A DNA stretch of 64,000 nucleotides from Candidatus Woesearchaeota archaeon (lineage in GTDB: Archaea; Nanobdellota; Nanobdellia; SCGC-AAA011-G17; GW2011-AR18), in the NCBI GenBank assembly GCA_018302545.1, contig JAGVZM010000002.1, positions 2,198 to 66,197 on the forward strand. The letters run 5' to 3'. Positions within the stretch are counted from its first letter, which is position 1. Every line of letters begins with the position of its first letter. The notes under the pieces are model-generated. The model searched no databases. It was given only the letters and a program-made list of their open reading frames with translations, and had not been told where the DNA came from. Below, piece by piece: positions 62,566-64,000 of the stretch. The position numbers were made by a program, and so were the translations under genes.

Positions 62566-62779
62566 CTGAGCTACTAGGGCGTCTAAGAATTAGGCAACTA
62601 AAATTCTTTAAAAGCTTTTCTAAGATAAAAAATAGAATAAAAAAGAGTAAAATTATAAATTAGAGTGTAGCCCTGCTGATTACGCTTATTTTCATAAAAA
62701 GCCAAAGCTTCAATCAACAAGCTTAAGTACAGGGCCTTAAAAAAGAAACCTTTTTTTAATATAAAGTTTTCTAAAAAAT

Positions 62780-63337
62780 ATGATAGAAGCAAGATGGAAA
62801 ATAGAGTCTTATGAAGATACAAGAAATAAAATTCTAGAACTAAAAGCAAAACAAAAAGGAAAATACTCAGCAACAGATATAATTTTTATTCCTAAGAATA
62901 ATAAAAGCCTAAATAAAGAATTTATAAGAGTAAGATCCTACATTGTAAACAATTGGAATACCAAAAATGTTGTGCTAACACATAAAGAAACAAGATGGAT
63001 TAATAATTTTAAAGAGGATATAATTGCAATTAAAAGAGAATTTGACAAAGAACAAGAAGCTATAAAATTTATAGAAGAACAATATAAAAATAGCTTAAAA
63101 GAGTTAGTAAGATTCAAAAGGGAAGGAGAAGATTTTGAAATAAATAATAACAAATTATTTTTAGAAACATTAGAATATTTAGGACCAACAATAGAAATAG
63201 AAACAGATTCAAAAGAATTATTAATAGATTTAGAAAAACAACTAGCTTTAAAAGAAAGAATAACACAGTCTATACCAGAAACAATAAGGTTATTGAAAAA
63301 CAATGAAAGTTTATCACGGTTCTCCAAAAAAGATTGA
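62780..63337 (+). CDS. CYTH-domain protein (class IV adenylyl cyclase / triphosphatase family)
   Basis: 185 aa; N-terminal IEARWKI (ExExK-like), FIRVRS, LTHKE, RFKREGEDF, LEYLGPTIEIE. Confidence 0.5.
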   Translation: MIEARWKIESYEDTRNKILELKAKQKGKYSATDIIFIPKNNKSLNKEFIRVRSYIVNNWNTKNVVLTHKETRWINNFKEDIIAIKREFDKEQEAIKFIEEQYKNSLKELVRFKREGEDFEINNNKLFLETLEYLGPTIEIETDSKELLIDLEKQLALKERITQSIPETIRLLKNNESLSRFSKKD

Positions 63338-63713
63338 AGTTTTAATTCCAAAACAAGCAAAAGGTCATAATGGTTTTCAGAATTTAGAAGCAGTATTCCT
63401 AACAGATAATTTCTTAGAAGCTAGTTTATATGCAATAGGAAAATCACTCAAGGGAAAAGCGCATTTTGGAATACAAAAAGGTAAATTAGTAATTATAGGA
63501 AACGCCTCAACTGCTTCAGAGGGGTATGTATATGAGTTTGATCTTCCAGAAAGTGAATTGATTAAAGGAGAACAGAAAGAAGATTTGGGAGTTTATGCAT
63601 ATCAAAATACTCTAATCTGCCAAGATCCAAAAATTGTCAAAATTGAAGAAATTCAAAGTTACATAATTTATGTAAAAAATAAAAATGAATTAATGCAAGT
63701 TCTCTACAGTTAA
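63303..63713 (+). CDS. hypothetical protein
   Basis: 136-aa ORF overlapping the upstream gene by 35 nt; no family recognised. Confidence 0.4.
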   Translation: MKVYHGSPKKIEVLIPKQAKGHNGFQNLEAVFLTDNFLEASLYAIGKSLKGKAHFGIQKGKLVIIGNASTASEGYVYEFDLPESELIKGEQKEDLGVYAYQNTLICQDPKIVKIEEIQSYIIYVKNKNELMQVLYS

Positions 63714-64000
63714 TCTAAAAATTCTCTCTTCTTTATTTTTTCTGGCAAGTAAGTTTCAGAAATAAAACTAATACCTTTAGAGCTTAAAGACTGTATTTCA
63801 ACTTTAGCTTTATATTCCTTCATTTTCTTAAATTGTCTCTGCCATTCCTTATTGTCTTTAAACCATTCATATTCACTAACTTGTTTTATTCTAGCATAAT
63901 CTGCTTCTTTTAATTTAATAAAATGTTTTTGTAATTGATATTTTTCAACATCATCCATTGTTATTCCAACATACCTGACACTAGGAATTGTTAACCGCTC
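63710..64000 (-). CDS. top6A: DNA topoisomerase VI subunit A, C-terminal fragment (5' end beyond window)
   Basis: The frame is open from 64000 (no stop upstream of the first Met at 63958). ERLTIPSVRYVGITMDDVEKYQL...IKLKEADYARIKQ...WFKDNKEWQRQFKKM...KAKVEIQSLSSKGISFISETYLPEKI matches the Toprim C-terminus of Top6A/Spo11. Confidence 0.6.
   Translation of the reverse strand, partial: ERLTIPSVRYVGITMDDVEKYQLQKHFIKLKEADYARIKQVSEYEWFKDNKEWQRQFKKMKEYKAKVEIQSLSSKGISFISETYLPEKIKKREFLD

Larger units (their letters stand above)
62456..62580 (-). tRNA. tRNA-Asn(GUU) with three introns (D-loop, anticodon stem 30/31, canonical 37/38)
   Basis: Spliced product is GCCCTAG TA GCTC AGCAGGTA GAGC A CTTGA CTGTTAA TCAAG GGGTC GCAGG TTCGAGT CCCGC CTAGGGC G (73 nt). 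The anticodon stem is perfect only after splicing. One A-C mismatch in the T-stem. 125-nt gene. Confidence 0.72.

Noticed and set aside
62456-62580. Reading this tRNA as tRNA-Arg(UCU) with one 36-nt canonical intron plus the D-loop intron
   Set aside because: That parse gives loop GTTCTAA with G32 and a U31-U39 mismatch, and no bulge-helix-bulge geometry at the splice sites. The three-intron Asn(GUU) parse gives a perfect stem and BHB-compatible bulges at every junction.
62598-62873. 91-aa minus-strand ORF between tRNA-Asn and the CYTH gene
   Set aside because: It overlaps the tRNA-Asn promoter region and the start of the CYTH-domain gene. It is a hydrophobic low-complexity translation with no start context.

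Overview
This is a very AT-rich archaeal window, roughly 30% GC by eye (not computed). Gene content looks like a reduced, DPANN-type archaeon.

Main content:
- The minus strand carries the archaeal-order ribosomal supercluster L3-L4-L23-L2-S19-L22-S3-L29-SUI1-S17-L14-L24-S4e-L5-S14-S8-L6-L32e-L19e-L18-S5-L30-L15-SecY-DUF106-L34e-L14e-PfdA. The adk, cmk and RNase P Rpp29 genes usually embedded in it are absent.
- Other recognisable genes are an aRF1 homologue, Cbf5, Hjc, ScpB, a HerA-like ATPase, a fused PriS/PriL-CTD primase, a topo VI-A fragment, and ValRS, class II LysRS and MetRS.
- There are also many orphan secreted or membrane proteins.

The strongest signal is invisible in the ORF track. 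I count eight bulge-helix-bulge (BHB) splicing-endonuclease introns in 64 kb:
- A 21-nt intron carrying TAA, TAG and TGA in frame sits inside the catalytic GTLDP motif of cbf5. It makes the gene look like a split pseudogene, and removing it restores one 327-aa ORF.
- Seven introns lie in three of the four tRNA genes. tRNA-Phe has two in the T-arm. tRNA-Gln has one in the D-loop and one at 37/38. tRNA-Asn has one in the D-loop, one at 30/31 and one at 37/38.

Other observations:
- The aRF1 homologue has GGW in place of the universal GGQ.
- A ~22-nt promoter-proximal motif recurs upstream of four genes, including both free-standing LAGLIDADG ORFs.
- MetRS is fused to a B3/4 domain and class II LysRS to a Trbp111-like domain.
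- A less AT-rich Fic plus orphan gene pair looks like an acquired island.
- Two tandem AglB/STT3-like paralogues with degenerate WWDYG motifs sit next to a processive GT2.
- A ~980-aa cysteine-rich surface protein is grouped with C39-like peptidase and GH114 genes.

No CRISPR array, rRNA, integrase or transposase was seen. All calls come from reading the sequence and translations by eye. No searches or folding programs were run.
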